From assembly GCA_000708835.1 (NCBI GenBank), contig DF237003.1:235009-272079 (forward strand): DNA of 37,071 nt, written 5' to 3'. This document shows, piece by piece, positions 10,875 to 21,846 of this stretch. Position numbers and translations under genes: made by a program. Under the pieces are notes generated by a model, which saw only the letters and a program-made list of their open reading frames with translations, did not search any database and was not told where the DNA came from. The DNA is from Klebsormidium nitens (lineage: Eukaryota; Plantae; Klebsormidiophyceae). Every line of letters starts with the position of its first letter. Positions within the stretch are counted from its first letter, which is position 1.

Positions 10875-13800
10875 TCATGCAAGGACAGGTCGTGGGGGCC
10901 GCGCCGGCGGCGTCTCCATGACGCCTGCCAAGGCGTCGTGATACTTATGAACCTGTACGCATTTACCAGGCAGAATCTGTGAGTTCGGGTTTAAACGCTC
11001 GGCTTCAGTATCGCCTGTGTCTGCTTGATTCATTCGTGAATTGCTGAAGATTGAGCGACATCCATTCCAAACCTGATTGCCAGCCAATGACGATTCCGCG
11101 AAAGTAGAAGAGACAAGGTGTTTCAAGCCTAGTAGGGGACTGGGAACCGCATTCTTGGTAAGGAGCACTCTGAAGGGCCCTCAGCGATCCAAAAAGACTG
11201 GACAGGTTGCCAGCCATCTCCACCTTAATATTTCGGGGGAGTTGTCGGATTCAAGCGCTTCTGACGTTGGCTTCAATCCTTTTACCTCGTCGAACGGGCC
11301 ATGATGAACCGAGCCGGCTAATGGAGCGCAGATTTCAACCGATGTCCGATTAACTGCACCGTTTGGTAGCCGAAGGTTGACGGAACTTGGACCGTTCCTA
11401 AGAGAAGCGTAATCCTGACCTGTCCTTGAAGCGAGTCGTACTTGGCGGTCAGCAGAGCAATCTCCTGTTCGTGCGCGCTTCTGACGTCCGCAATCTTGGC
11501 CTGTACCTCGCGCGTCTGGAAGCAAGAAAAGAGGCTTGCTCATATCACTTGCTTGAAGGGATCAGGTCAAGTACTCATCTGTAGCGAGTTAGCATGATTA
11601 TATATCTCGATATCGCCCTCTCATCCGCGGTAGCCAAAAAAGAGGCAGACAGGCTTGTGAAGCATTGCGTTTCGATCAGAAAGGCGCAAGAAGGGCACGC
11701 TTCCACAACCTCAAGCGAACGTTACTCTTGGAACAGAACACCAGACGCGTCATATGGCCGCAGTCTAGTCGACGTGACATCTTTTACAGATGACCGAATT
11801 GGAAAGCGACGCTTCTAATCAAGGCTCGGCACCGTGGCTATTAAAGTAACCAGCCATAACCTCGTTTGGAGCGTTTGCTAAAAAGATGGTAGTGACATCG
11901 AGGCAACATCTCTGTGTGCAGTCGCACGAAGACCGATTTCGTCCCAAGTGCGTCAGTGATTGAAACATCTTTTCAATCCTAGCCTGCTCTCGAAGGAGAA
12001 AAGACGAAGTCCACGCAACGCTTCATGTGCGCCCCAACTGGCTTGATTCTTTTTGACGAACATCGTGGTTTGAACTGCAAACGTGGCCGTTACCTTTTCA
12101 CCAACCCGCATGTGCCCGGGAAGCACGACCTTCCCACGGACGACGCCTTACTTTTCACTGGCCACTATACCTGTGCCGGCCGACTCTTCTTACGAAGCTG
12201 CTGCCAGAACATGCTTGCGAGATTGAAAGACCTTATCTGCCGAAGAGTCACGAACGGTACAAAGCCCCAGAGGAACCGTGTGCCCCCTCATCTGTGCCTG
12301 GAACAGCGCTCGAATGAGTACTGTTAAGAAAGTTCGCCAAAAGAAAGTTCCGGATCCCGGACTTCGCAGATGCTCAAAAGCCACGGACAACTGTCCCGAA
12401 CAAACTCTGGTTCGCCGCCTCACCTGCGTCTGCCGCTCCGTGAGTTTGGCCATCGTCTCCTTGTGTTCCGCTTCCGCTTCCGCTTTAAGAGCACGTGCCT
12501 CCTCCAGAGCAGCCACCGCCGCCTCCCGCTTTAGCGCGCCCTGCTGCTCCAGCCGCTGGAGCCGCTCCATTGCGCTCTGGTCTGCACCTCTCAAAAAAAC
12601 GGGTTAGAGTCAGGTTAAGGTCAGGTTCAAAATCTAAGCAGGGTTGGGGTCAGGTCACCGTTGCTTTGCGCTTCCCAGCGCGCCCTGCTGCTCCAGCCGC
12701 TGGAGCCGTTCCACTGCGGTCTGGTCTGCACCGCTCCGACAAAACGGGTTAGGGTCAGGTTCGGGTTGTTTTCTGGTGTTGGTTGAGTTTTGGTTGTGAT
12801 TGAAGTGGGAAAGAGACTAGGGCCATCGCCACTTCAGCGCGCCCTGCTGCTCCAGCCGCTGAATGCCCTCTACCATGCTCTGGTCAGCACCGCTCAGAGG
12901 AGGAGTCAGGTTCAGATTGGGTTACGTGGAAAGTGGGACGGCTAAAGCATTGTACTCTGAAGAGGAGCTTTGCTACGCTAGATTAGGTTGAAGTTATAGC
13001 ACATCCCTTTGGAAGTCAAGGGTGGTACAGACCATCTCTACGATATGGTCACGACTGAAGTACATCAATCGGTTATTAGTCACGAGCAAATCGCCAGCCG
13101 ACTGCTCACCAATTCCAACCAATGAGACTAGATACTAGAGCGCCCATCGGATGCGGTGCTTCTTGATAATAAACGGGAGAGTGCAAGCAACCGGATATTT
13201 CTGGTCTGGTTCCTAATGCAATCCACGACGGCCGCCAGAGCGCAGAAGGAAGGCTTCGCGATACGAAGGTGCAGAAACCACAAGTGGGAGTAAGCTGTTT
13301 CGGGTTGAGTTCGTTAGTCTGCCACTCACGTTGCCGTTGCAGGTGCTGCAGCACCCGGTCGAGCTCCCAGGCGGTGTCCTCATTCGCTTTGATCTTGGCC
13401 TTGGCGGCCTTGGCATCCCGCGACACGGTCTTGTACTTTGCGATCTGCGCCCAAGATCAATTTACAAGTACTTGGTCTAGCAGGTCTTAAGTCGAGTAGA
13501 CGGGACTCGATTGGCGGAAGCCAACAGGAGGAGGCAGACGCGCTAAACTTATGCGTTGACGAATGGTGGATAAAGCCAGGAGTGCCTTTCGGACAACTTA
13601 CTTCAATCGGAGTCTCCTGAGTACATTTTAGCTATGGGAGGCAGAAAAGCAGGAGCTGAAGACCCAGCGTCAGCGTGTGCCAACATCCTGGCGAAGTTGC
13701 AACAATTCTCGCTTCTGACTGAAGGATGCTTACAAGCTGGATGCAGCCTTCCTTTTCGGCTTCATCAATTGTTGGCAGACGACAACTTATCCAGGTTGAG

Positions 13801-16800
13801 AACGCTCCCCGTTAGTCCCAGCTATCTGCGTTCCTCTTTCGCCTTTGGAATTCGGCTTCGAGGATCCATCCTGCCGCTTTAGCAAGTGTTTCGAGTTGAT
13901 ACAGTGATAATTCTCGTCTCTCCTCGGTCTCCAATAGCTTGACCCTTTTCGCTCACCTTTCCGCTTGTTAACAAAAAAGACCTCTGTCGAACTTTTGAAA
14001 CGACTCAGCGCCAGAAATTTATCAACTGCCGGACCCGAGTCCTGTGGATTGACTCGAACCAGAACTGAAACGACTTGAAGGGAAATACTTAACAACTGCC
14101 GGATCCACATCCTCTGAATCGACTCGAAGCCAGAAACTATTCAACCGCAGAATCCAAGTCCTACTCAGATGATCTGAAGATGGTCTCTTTTCGTTCTCGC
14201 CGGAGCCAAATAGGCCATAGGCTTCTCATAGCATACATGTACAAACTGTATTTTTCATTGAAAATTGAAAATCGTACCTCCGCCTCCGCCTCTTCCATAA
14301 GCTTGACCGTCTTCATCACCTCCCGCTCCACCTTGCCACAGCACTCCAGCTTGGCCTGTAAGTCTCGCGCCCGCCGCTCCGCCTCCCCGATCGCGGCCCG
14401 CTCCCGCTCGACCGCCGCGCCTAGTTCCTCCAGCGTGCGCTGCAGCTTCTCGGGCGACTCCACGATCTTGCCCCGCAGCTCCGCACGCTCCTGGTGCGCC
14501 TCGAGCAGGGCGAACTTTTCGCTGGCGAGCTGCAAAATGGGGGGACCAAATTCAGTCAAGGCCGGTTAAAAGAGTATGGTTAAGGTTAAGGGTAGATCTC
14601 TCAAGCAGTACCGCTCAGGAACTTCTTGACCGAGTTCACGCAGTGGGCCAATGGTCAGCGCGCTCCTGACGCGCCTCAAGGAGGCAAATTTCACGCTGGC
14701 CATTCGCAAAAGTTGGGAAACATTCTTGGGTTGAAGGTAGTTAAGGATCTGGACTTTCGAGCAGTGCAGCCCGGGAAACTCTATCAACTAACAACATTTC
14801 AGAACCGTCTCAACCGACTCTACGCATTGGTCCACTGCACAGTATGCTTCTGGTGCGCCTCGAGCAAGGCGAACTTCTCGCTCGCCAGTGGCAGAAGTTG
14901 GGGTGTCAGTATTGTTCTGGGCATTCCAGAGCTTGAACTTCTCCAGGAACTCAACTTCTGCCGTCGTCCAAGGCGCTCCGAAAACTCTTGTCTTTCTAGG
15001 AGTAGCGAGTGTGCGTTGCAGATTAGGGGGAGAGTATTAATGCGACTACCTGCCAACCTTTCATTTCCCCCCTCTACTCATCACTCTAGCAGATACTTCA
15101 ACCAGGTCCATCAAAACTGCAACCTAACAAGCCTAACGACTGTCAACGGACCATGCCATCTCAACGCCACTACCAAAAGAAAAAATCACTCTCCGGAACT
15201 CAAAAACCAAAGGGTCTTTCCTTACCTGATCCGCCAGCTCGTTGGCCTGCTGTTTGAGCCTGTGGTTTTCCTTGTTCAGCGCCGCCTGCTCTTTGTTCAG
15301 AGCAACGATGGTGACTTGCAGCCCGGATGTTTCCCGCTCTAGTTCTTCCACTGCTGGCCGGTCTGCTGCCCGCTCTGCCTCAATCCGTTTCAGCTCGCTG
15401 GTCAGCTGCAACGAAATATAAGGGTTTACAATCCACCCTGAGGAGTGACCTGTTGTCGTGCTTGGGCGGCATGGATAGTCAATGTGCAAGGTTGCATCAT
15501 GCAAGAGGACTACTTAGCAGGGACTGTCTAAGATTCCGAGAGACTGTACTTGTATGAATACAGAGTGCCCCGTAAAGTTCCAAGATTCTGAGAGGGAAGC
15601 CTTCCCACCTGCAGGTTCTCTTCCTCCAGTTGTTGTTTCCTTTCAAGCAGCGAATCCGACCTGTCCTGGTGCTCCTGAAACGTTTGGAGCTTGTCTTCCC
15701 TGCACAGCGGGGTTTGGCAGGGTTGTATCATGGATAAGCAGAGAGGGTTATGAGAAACCGAGGAACCGATTCTGCTCTCAGAAGAGAAAACGTACTTAGA
15801 CAGGTGGAGCTGCTCCAAGCGCAAAAGTGCAAGTGCCATAACTTCACATCATTGTGCATCATTGTCCAATGGGGGACAGAACAAACAGCGCATACTCCAG
15901 CGGGCTTCCACAACTAATCAAATTCGTCAACAACGACTGGTTTCAGAGTCATGGAGCGGGCTGGCAAGTGACCAATCTTCATGCCTTTCTGAGCGCTGTT
16001 ATCTGCTGCACAGCAGCAAACACTGTTGCCACTTCCTTTCTCGACGCCCCAAAGGACCTGACTGTATGTCTGATGCTTATCTGCTCTATGCCCAATAGGA
16101 CCTCAGTGAATGTCAGAGGATTAGATGGTCACTGACATGACCTTTAAACAATGGGTGCTCATAAGTAACCGAATCGGATATCCAACAAAGCAGACTGGAT
16201 ACAAAGTTGCGTGAGGTCTTGGAGCTAACTGGCAGCCAGTTGGTGATGTTTAGAAGTGGTATACATATGCAATCTTTATAGTCTAATCTTACCGGAACAT
16301 GACATAGTTGAGCAGCGCGCTGAGGTTCCTCCGCACGCCCAGCGTGTCCGGCATGTGCATATCCTTCAAGCAGAAGTTGTTCACCCCAGCAACTTTCATC
16401 AGCTTTTGCAGGGCCCGGAAGCTGGCGAGGTCGCCAATGGAGTCATCATGCAGCTCAGGGTATTCGAGCTCAGCCATGGCATGGAAGACAGGCTGCTGGA
16501 GCTCTTCCCTGCAAAAGAAGCAAAAGATAGCCGTCTTTCTGTTTACCTAGCTGTTCCGGTCTGACCGTCTTCTATTCTAGCCTGTATCGTTGATTCTCGA
16601 GCAAGGGATCCTGATGTCAGTTGTTTTACCAAGTGAGGTAGCTGCAAGCAGCATAGATTCTGGAAGTCAACACCGTAATCTGAACCATGGTGCTTGGAAG
16701 TCATCTTCAAATCAGCAGATACTTGATGAGTAGCACAGCCCGGCTCTAAGTCTTGAGTTGTCTGGGCCAACATGTTGCACTCCTGGCATGCTGACGTATT

Positions 16801-17497
16801 GCCAATCAGTAATGTTGAATTGCCAGTTGGGGATTGGACACTTGTTAGCACAGGCTAGCATTGCTAACACGAATCTGTTGCGACCTTTGCAATCTAAAGC
16901 TGGATGGTCAATTGAACCTGTAGAAGATCACAACGGGCATTCTTCAAAGACATTCACAACCAGATTGTGTGAAGCTCTAGATTACCCAAACATATCATGC
17001 AAAAGGCTGCAGGTGATGCCTTGCTGGATTGGCAGCTAAATGATTGCCTGATAGCTTCCTAATCTGAAGCTCTCTGCTCTGGCAGAACACAGAGCCGTCA
17101 CTTCAGAAGCCTGTTCATCTGTTGATCAATGTGGAATTTTCAGCTCGCATTAAACTGCCTAATGCAGGTTCACTATTGTTGACATGAAAATGGGGTGTCA
17201 AGATGAGTGCTCGTGATTAGGCCCCCCTCAGATAACCAGAGTCAAAACATAGGAGGCCGGGTGTAAGGGCAGACCAACAGGTTGATCAAAGACAAAAGCT
17301 GGTGGATTGTTCATAAATCTGATGATTCTTTACCTGGTCATCTGCATGAGAAGCTGAACAAAGCCCTGGTACAGAGGCTTGACAGCCTCGGGGGTTGGCT
17401 TTGCATATTCTGCATCGCTGAATGGGAAGTCCAACTCTCGCAAGCACTTCAGTATCTCCTCCTGAGGCCGAATGGGGAATGGGTAGGGAGGGGCCAT
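10875..17497 (-). CDS. NUF2: Kinetochore protein NUF2 (Ndc80 complex), 9 exons, about 449 aa
   Basis: Exons 17497-17334, 16508-16293, 15699-15609, 15405-15226, 14529-14278, 13444-13330, 12581-12424 (an alternative in-frame acceptor gives 12587), 11515-11420 and 10952-10875 join in frame (1350 nt). Nuf2 CH-domain motifs: FPIRPQEEILKCLREL, KPTPEAV, LEYPELHDDSI, NFCLKD, RRNLSALLNYVMFRE. Also the IVESPEKL hallmark, a long coiled coil, and the C-terminal AHEQEI...KYDSLQGQVHKYHDAL. Confidence 0.95.
12520..12915 (-). repeat. Degenerate triplication spanning the NUF2 exon 7 acceptor
   Basis: GCGCGCCCTGCTGCTCCAGCCGCTG occurs at 12534, 12678 and 12837 (periods 144 and 159 bp), each followed by similar ctctggtcwgcacc...gtcaggtt intron sequence. 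Confidence 0.9.
13997..14162. repeat. Degenerate roughly 49-bp minisatellite in NUF2 intron 5 (3-4 copies)
   Basis: Recurring gactcgaagccagaaa...caactgccggayccnagtcct units, e.g. caactgccggacccgagtcct and caactgccggatccacatcct. Confidence 0.65.
14480..14930 (-). repeat. Degenerate triplication spanning the NUF2 exon 5 acceptor
   Basis: TGGTGCGCCTCGAGCAGGGCGAACTTTTCGCTGGCGAG (about 14492) recurs as gacgcgcctcaaggaggcaaatttcacgctggcca (about 14668) and tggtgcgcctcgagcaaggcgaacttctcgctcgccag (about 14851). Confidence 0.85.
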
Positions 17498-17887
17498 ACT
17501 GCCGTCTCCTGCTCTGCTCTTGTGCGCAATCTGGATCACAATTTGTTAAGATTTCAGAGGATCGGACTGTCAGGAAATGGCCCTGCTGTTGGGAAATCCT
17601 TTCAGCACCCACCGCTCGTGCTTTGGTTCCCAGCGGCGGCTTCAACACGGATGAAAAGCATAGGCGCAGAATCGTCGACGAATGGAGAGACCTACACTCG
17701 CGCAAGACTTCTTTTACGCAGGAAGAGGAAGCCTTCAGATAAACCAGCGCCTGGAAAGGAAGGCACAACGTTGCGCCTCGCGTTCCTGCTTCAACTTGTG
17801 TCCTGCTCCTTCTCCTCCTACTGTCGCAAATCTTGAACCCTCCTGCTGGCCGTTCAGGCAGCAGGCGCCAAAACTGGGCTGTCAGGC

Positions 17888-17910
17888 ACCGTCCGATCCA
17901 ATCGGACGGT
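17888..17910. promoter_or_regulatory. Perfect hairpin ACCGTCCGAT-CCA-ATCGGACGGT containing CCAAT, upstream of NUF2
   Basis: 10-bp perfect arms with a 3-nt loop, about 390 bp upstream of the NUF2 ATG in the divergent NUF2/EGF spacer. A regulatory role is inferred only. Confidence 0.35.
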
Positions 17911-17972
17911 GAAAATTTGGCACAGCTCCAAACTTTGGCGACTGCCCGGCCCCCTCTAAACTAATAGCCTAT

Positions 17973-18393
17973 ACCGTCACGTACTTTGAAGTGGCACCCG
18001 GTTAGGTATTTTAGAGGCACTTTGGCTGGAAGGTCTCAAGCCCCCCCCCCCCCCGGCCTTGCCTTCACAGAAAAGGTCAAGGCCCCGGGCCAAATGGTCA
18101 CCACCCGGGTAAACTTTTTGGACAAAAGCACCGTCGTATGCATGGATTCGCCCCTTTTTTACGTTGAAAAGTGCTTTTTGTTGTATACATGGTCCAGAAG
18201 CACTGACCCGTGGGCTAAAAGACGTAAAATCAGCATATAAAAGCATGTTCTTCAGCTGAAATCCGGCTGGGGCTTCGCCCCAAGCCAAAGGCCTCAAGCC
18301 CCCCCCCCTCCCCACCTTCGATTGGCTGAAGCAACCCAAGCCCCCCCCCCAACAGAATACCTAAGGGGGTGCCACTTCAAAGTGATGGTACCC
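17973..18393 (-). mobile_element. MITE-like element, copy 2 (inverted relative to copy 1)
   Basis: Ends are ACTTTGAAGTGGCACCC and GGGTGCCACTTCAAAGT. The reverse complement shares blocks with copy 1 (gcttggggcgaagcccc, tcttttagcccacgggt, aaaaggggcgaatc, ggccttgaccttttct, cttgagaccttc, aaatacctaaccgg). Confidence 0.85.
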
Positions 18394-18827
18394 TAATATA
18401 GGCTACCGTATAGGTACCTACACACTGCACAACTTTGGGCGAAGCCCTAGCTCGATGTCAATGTCATGCAACAGATCTGGCGCAGCGGCAAAAGCTCAGT
18501 CTGGGCAAAGCACCTTGCTTGCACTGGCAGCAGTAGGGGGAATGCTTTGAAATTTGAAGTCTGATCGAACCTTCTTTGTGCAGCAAAGTGTCATCGAAAC
18601 GTGAAGGCGCAGTCTGCAAGGGGGGCATCATGATCATTGATGTCATGGTGGTATGAACCAATGCTTGGCCTTCGCTTTGGTGCAAGGGATCTTTCTTGAC
18701 ACGCCATGTTGGAGCAGCAGCTTGGTCCTGTACTGTGGTGCAGAATTGCATACCATCCATAGTAGCAATCCTCTCGGTTTTTGGAAGTATCACAAGGCAT
18801 CAACCTCTGCTTAATCCTTTGAAAGCA

Positions 18828-21800
18828 ATGGGTTCTCCAGGAAAAGATCTGACCAGTCGCACCGCCTTCTTCGGAGCTTCTCTGCTGCTTCTTCTGTCCC
18901 AAGCGTTTTCAATAAGTGCCGAGCCCCTCGGTAGGTCGGCGCTCGGAATCGGTCAAGTTAGGTCAGGTCGCCAGCTTTTCCAAGAGTTATTTCCAGCTCC
19001 GGGAAGTGCAAATATCACTACAAACTTGACAAGTGTCAATGCGACGAGCCCTCAGCCTGGATTGGCACCACTCATAGCGCCCAGTCCAGGGGCACCGCTC
19101 ATGGCGCCCAGTCCAGAGGCAGTGTTCGTTCCTGAGCCGCGATTCTCCTGCGGCGTTGGAGGGCCATGTCTCAACGGGGGGGAGCCCATGTTCATCGAGA
19201 TCAACGGGAATGTTTCGTGCGTCTGCAACTGCACGCTCGCTATCGGATTTGAGTGAGTGCCGGACACCAGCATATGCATTTCAGAGTTCTAAAGACAGCT
19301 TTCCCCGCCCGCTTTTGGTTGAAGTCTGCAGTCAGTGGAGTCTCAGTAAGTGCCACCACTCTTTCAATCTATGTTGAATTTGTGGTCCAGTGTATCAACC
19401 CCGACAATTTGAAAGTTCAGGGTTATGCACAGGGTGCGTATCTGAGCCCCGAGTTCCATTCTTTGGCGCCATGAATGGTGATTTGGTTGACAGCAACGAG
19501 ATGGACAGCTGATCAGGCTGCTGTCAATGAGGACGATTGAGGAAGGGACACTTCAATTGCTGATTGAGCTACGTCATACATGTGGCAAATGTTGACTGGC
19601 TTCATCGCTCTCAATCCCCATTCTGTGGCATCTGGCTTGGTCTGTCTGGAAGATGTGAGGTATCAAGGCTATCCCTTTGAAGGAAACAATCTTGGGAGCG
19701 GCCCGAGCGATACTTAATATGCTATCATTTGAGGAGCAAGTTTTAAAAGGAAACTCGCAGATCTCTCCATTCCCTCTTCTGCGTCAGTCTTTTCATGTCC
19801 CCTTGCCTTCGACACTTCTTTTCACCTTTCTTTCCTTGTTCAAGACGCGAAGTAAAACTTCTCTGTGCAGTGGCGACCACTGTGGGATTCCTCGGCAGAT
19901 CTGCTCCTCTGACGGGTTCTATTGCGCCAACGGGGGAGTGTGTGGCGCCCCCTCCAATCTTGGGGGGGCTTTCGTATGCCACTGTCCCATTGGCTACTAC
20001 GGGCTCCAGTGCAAAGAAAAGGGGGTGATTTGTACGGCGTCGTTAATCTGCAAAAACGGAGGGACTTGCAACGCCACTGCGGCGGGGTTGCCCCAGTGCG
20101 TCTGCCCTGCCGGGTTCAGCGGAGAGGATTGCGGGCAGGACGCAATGACACCGTCTGGTGAGGCTTGCCTCTTGATATGCCTATCATGATTCTAAACTTC
20201 ACTTTGTGATATTGGAGGCAGGACTGTTCGGAAGAGCTTCCATGACATCTTCCCCTGTTATAGTCTTGCACGAGTTTGACATGTATTGAGATGCAGCAGT
20301 CACACAAATCACAGACAAACAGAGTCAAAGTCAGAGATCAGAGCTGTTGGCCTGCTCGAGGCAGTGAAAGCTAAAGTCACCTGGCTTTCGAGCTCAATTT
20401 GTATCCGTTACGCTATAAGGGAAGTCACTGGAATGTCCTGGCATACGCTTGTGGAAGACTAGTGTGGGCCAATCGAGTCTGGATTGTCCCACATCTGCCG
20501 TGCCTCGCCTCGTTGGCAAACTGTCACATCAAACGGCCAAGCGAAGGATGTCAAGACGTCTCTGTGCCTATCCTTCCATTGGTTGAGAAGGGTCGCCGAG
20601 TCAGTTGCAGCGTAGGATTGACTTATACTGTGAGAAGCATTCTCAATAGCTTTTTCTAAAGATCGCGCATTGCCTGGTCCGAATGAGCTCTGCCTTGCAA
20701 CGAGGACAATGCGACGTACAGCGTATACATTGGTTCCCGGCTGCTGTGTCTTTCGAAGCATATCTCGGAGGTCGCCTTTGTTTCAGTTGCGATGGCTAAG
20801 TTCTACTCTCTGCTGGCAGGTACTGGGCCTGCATCCCTGTTCAAAGGAGAGGGCGACAAGGTGAGCCAGAACCCATTTGAACCGCCAGCCTTGCTCCGTC
20901 GTTTATACCATCATTCAAGCGGCCTTGGACTTTTTTTGCCCTCGATCCGTCATTTGCTTGACAGAATAATTATGGCGGTCATCAGTACTTGCGTAAACGC
21001 GTAATGTGCTGCTCCGCCGTGTCGAGGGCGGCTACCAAATCTACGTTCGAAACACAAGACTCAATACAAAGAGGCGAAATCCTCAGCTAACATTTGTGCT
21101 CAAACGTGAACACCATGAAGGCTGCACCGATGGTTGACTCCAGTCGCGAATGAACCAACGATGGGCAGGTTCTTATCACTAACCAGAATATTGTCACCCT
21201 CTAACAGGCGAATCCAGTGGGAGTCGCTTTTGGTGTGATTGGCGGGTTGCTGGCTGTCGGGTTGCTGGCGGTCGGTGGGGTTTACTGCTGGCGCCGTGTG
21301 CAGAAACGCCGAAGTCCGTACTCGTTCGACTATCTGTACAACCAGCAGAGTGCACCCATGACAGGCGGGGCGTTTTCAGAGGTGAGTTTTGCGGGAATCT
21401 TGAGGAACATTTGAACCGAGTTGGCCAACGGATCCCTCTGGCCCTCAGTATATATGTTCTTTGGGGTTCCATGCGACTCTTGTAACTGGTCCATATGCTG
21501 GATGCGCATCATTGAAGATTGACTGACGTCATCCGAACATCGAGGAGCTGTGACGGTGCTGCAGCGGTCCTTTGGCCTGACTTTTTGTTTTAGCAGAATG
21601 CTTTGAAATCTTTTAGGACAGTATCATGAGTCGCAGTAAATGCCACCGGTCAGTCCACATGTTTTCAAGTTGGATTCCTTGGGTGCTTTACAACATGGTG
21701 CATCCTTTTGGATAAGCCGGCGGTTTTTGATTGCGTATTCTCATCAGCCTTTTCGTTTGTTTGTACAGGTCCAGATGGAAGACTTGAATCCCGAGCAAGA

Positions 21801-21846
21801 GTATCGGAACGGATCTAACATTCATAATACGTCACTGAACTACTGA
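18828..21846 (+). CDS. Multi-EGF type I membrane protein with Pro/Ala-rich (AGP-like) linker, 5 exons, about 334 aa
   Basis: Exons 18828-19252, 19871-20157, 20820-20860, 21208-21381 and 21769-21846 join in frame (1005 nt). Signal peptide AFFGASLLLLLSQAFSISA. One atypical and two canonical EGF repeats (CSSDGFYCANGGVC...CHCPIGYYGLQC; CTASLICKNGGTC...CVCPAGFSGEDC). TM GVAFGVIGGLLAVGLLAVGGVYCW followed by RRVQKRR. Confidence 0.88.

Noticed and set aside
11181-11543. 120-aa minus-strand ORF as a separate gene
   Set aside because: The real coding frame here is NUF2 exon 8 (11515-11420), in a different frame.
12160-12340. Candidate extra NUF2 exons with AG/GT ends (e.g. IRSFNLASMFWQQLRKKSRPAQ)
   Set aside because: They are not coiled-coil or Nuf2-like, and the 9-exon model already gives a typical length of about 450 aa.
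12520-14930. Spaced direct repeats as a CRISPR-like array
   Set aside because: The repeats are copies of coding exon starts, the spacers are homologous to each other, and the context is a eukaryotic intron with no cas genes.
14626-15342. 238-aa plus-strand ORF
   Set aside because: It is antisense to NUF2 exon 4 and intron 4, including the decayed exon copies, and is not protein-like.
17282-17836. Overlapping ORFs of 184, 160 and 106 aa around the NUF2 5' end
   Set aside because: They overlap NUF2 exon 1 and its UTR in other frames or strands and show no protein-like motifs.
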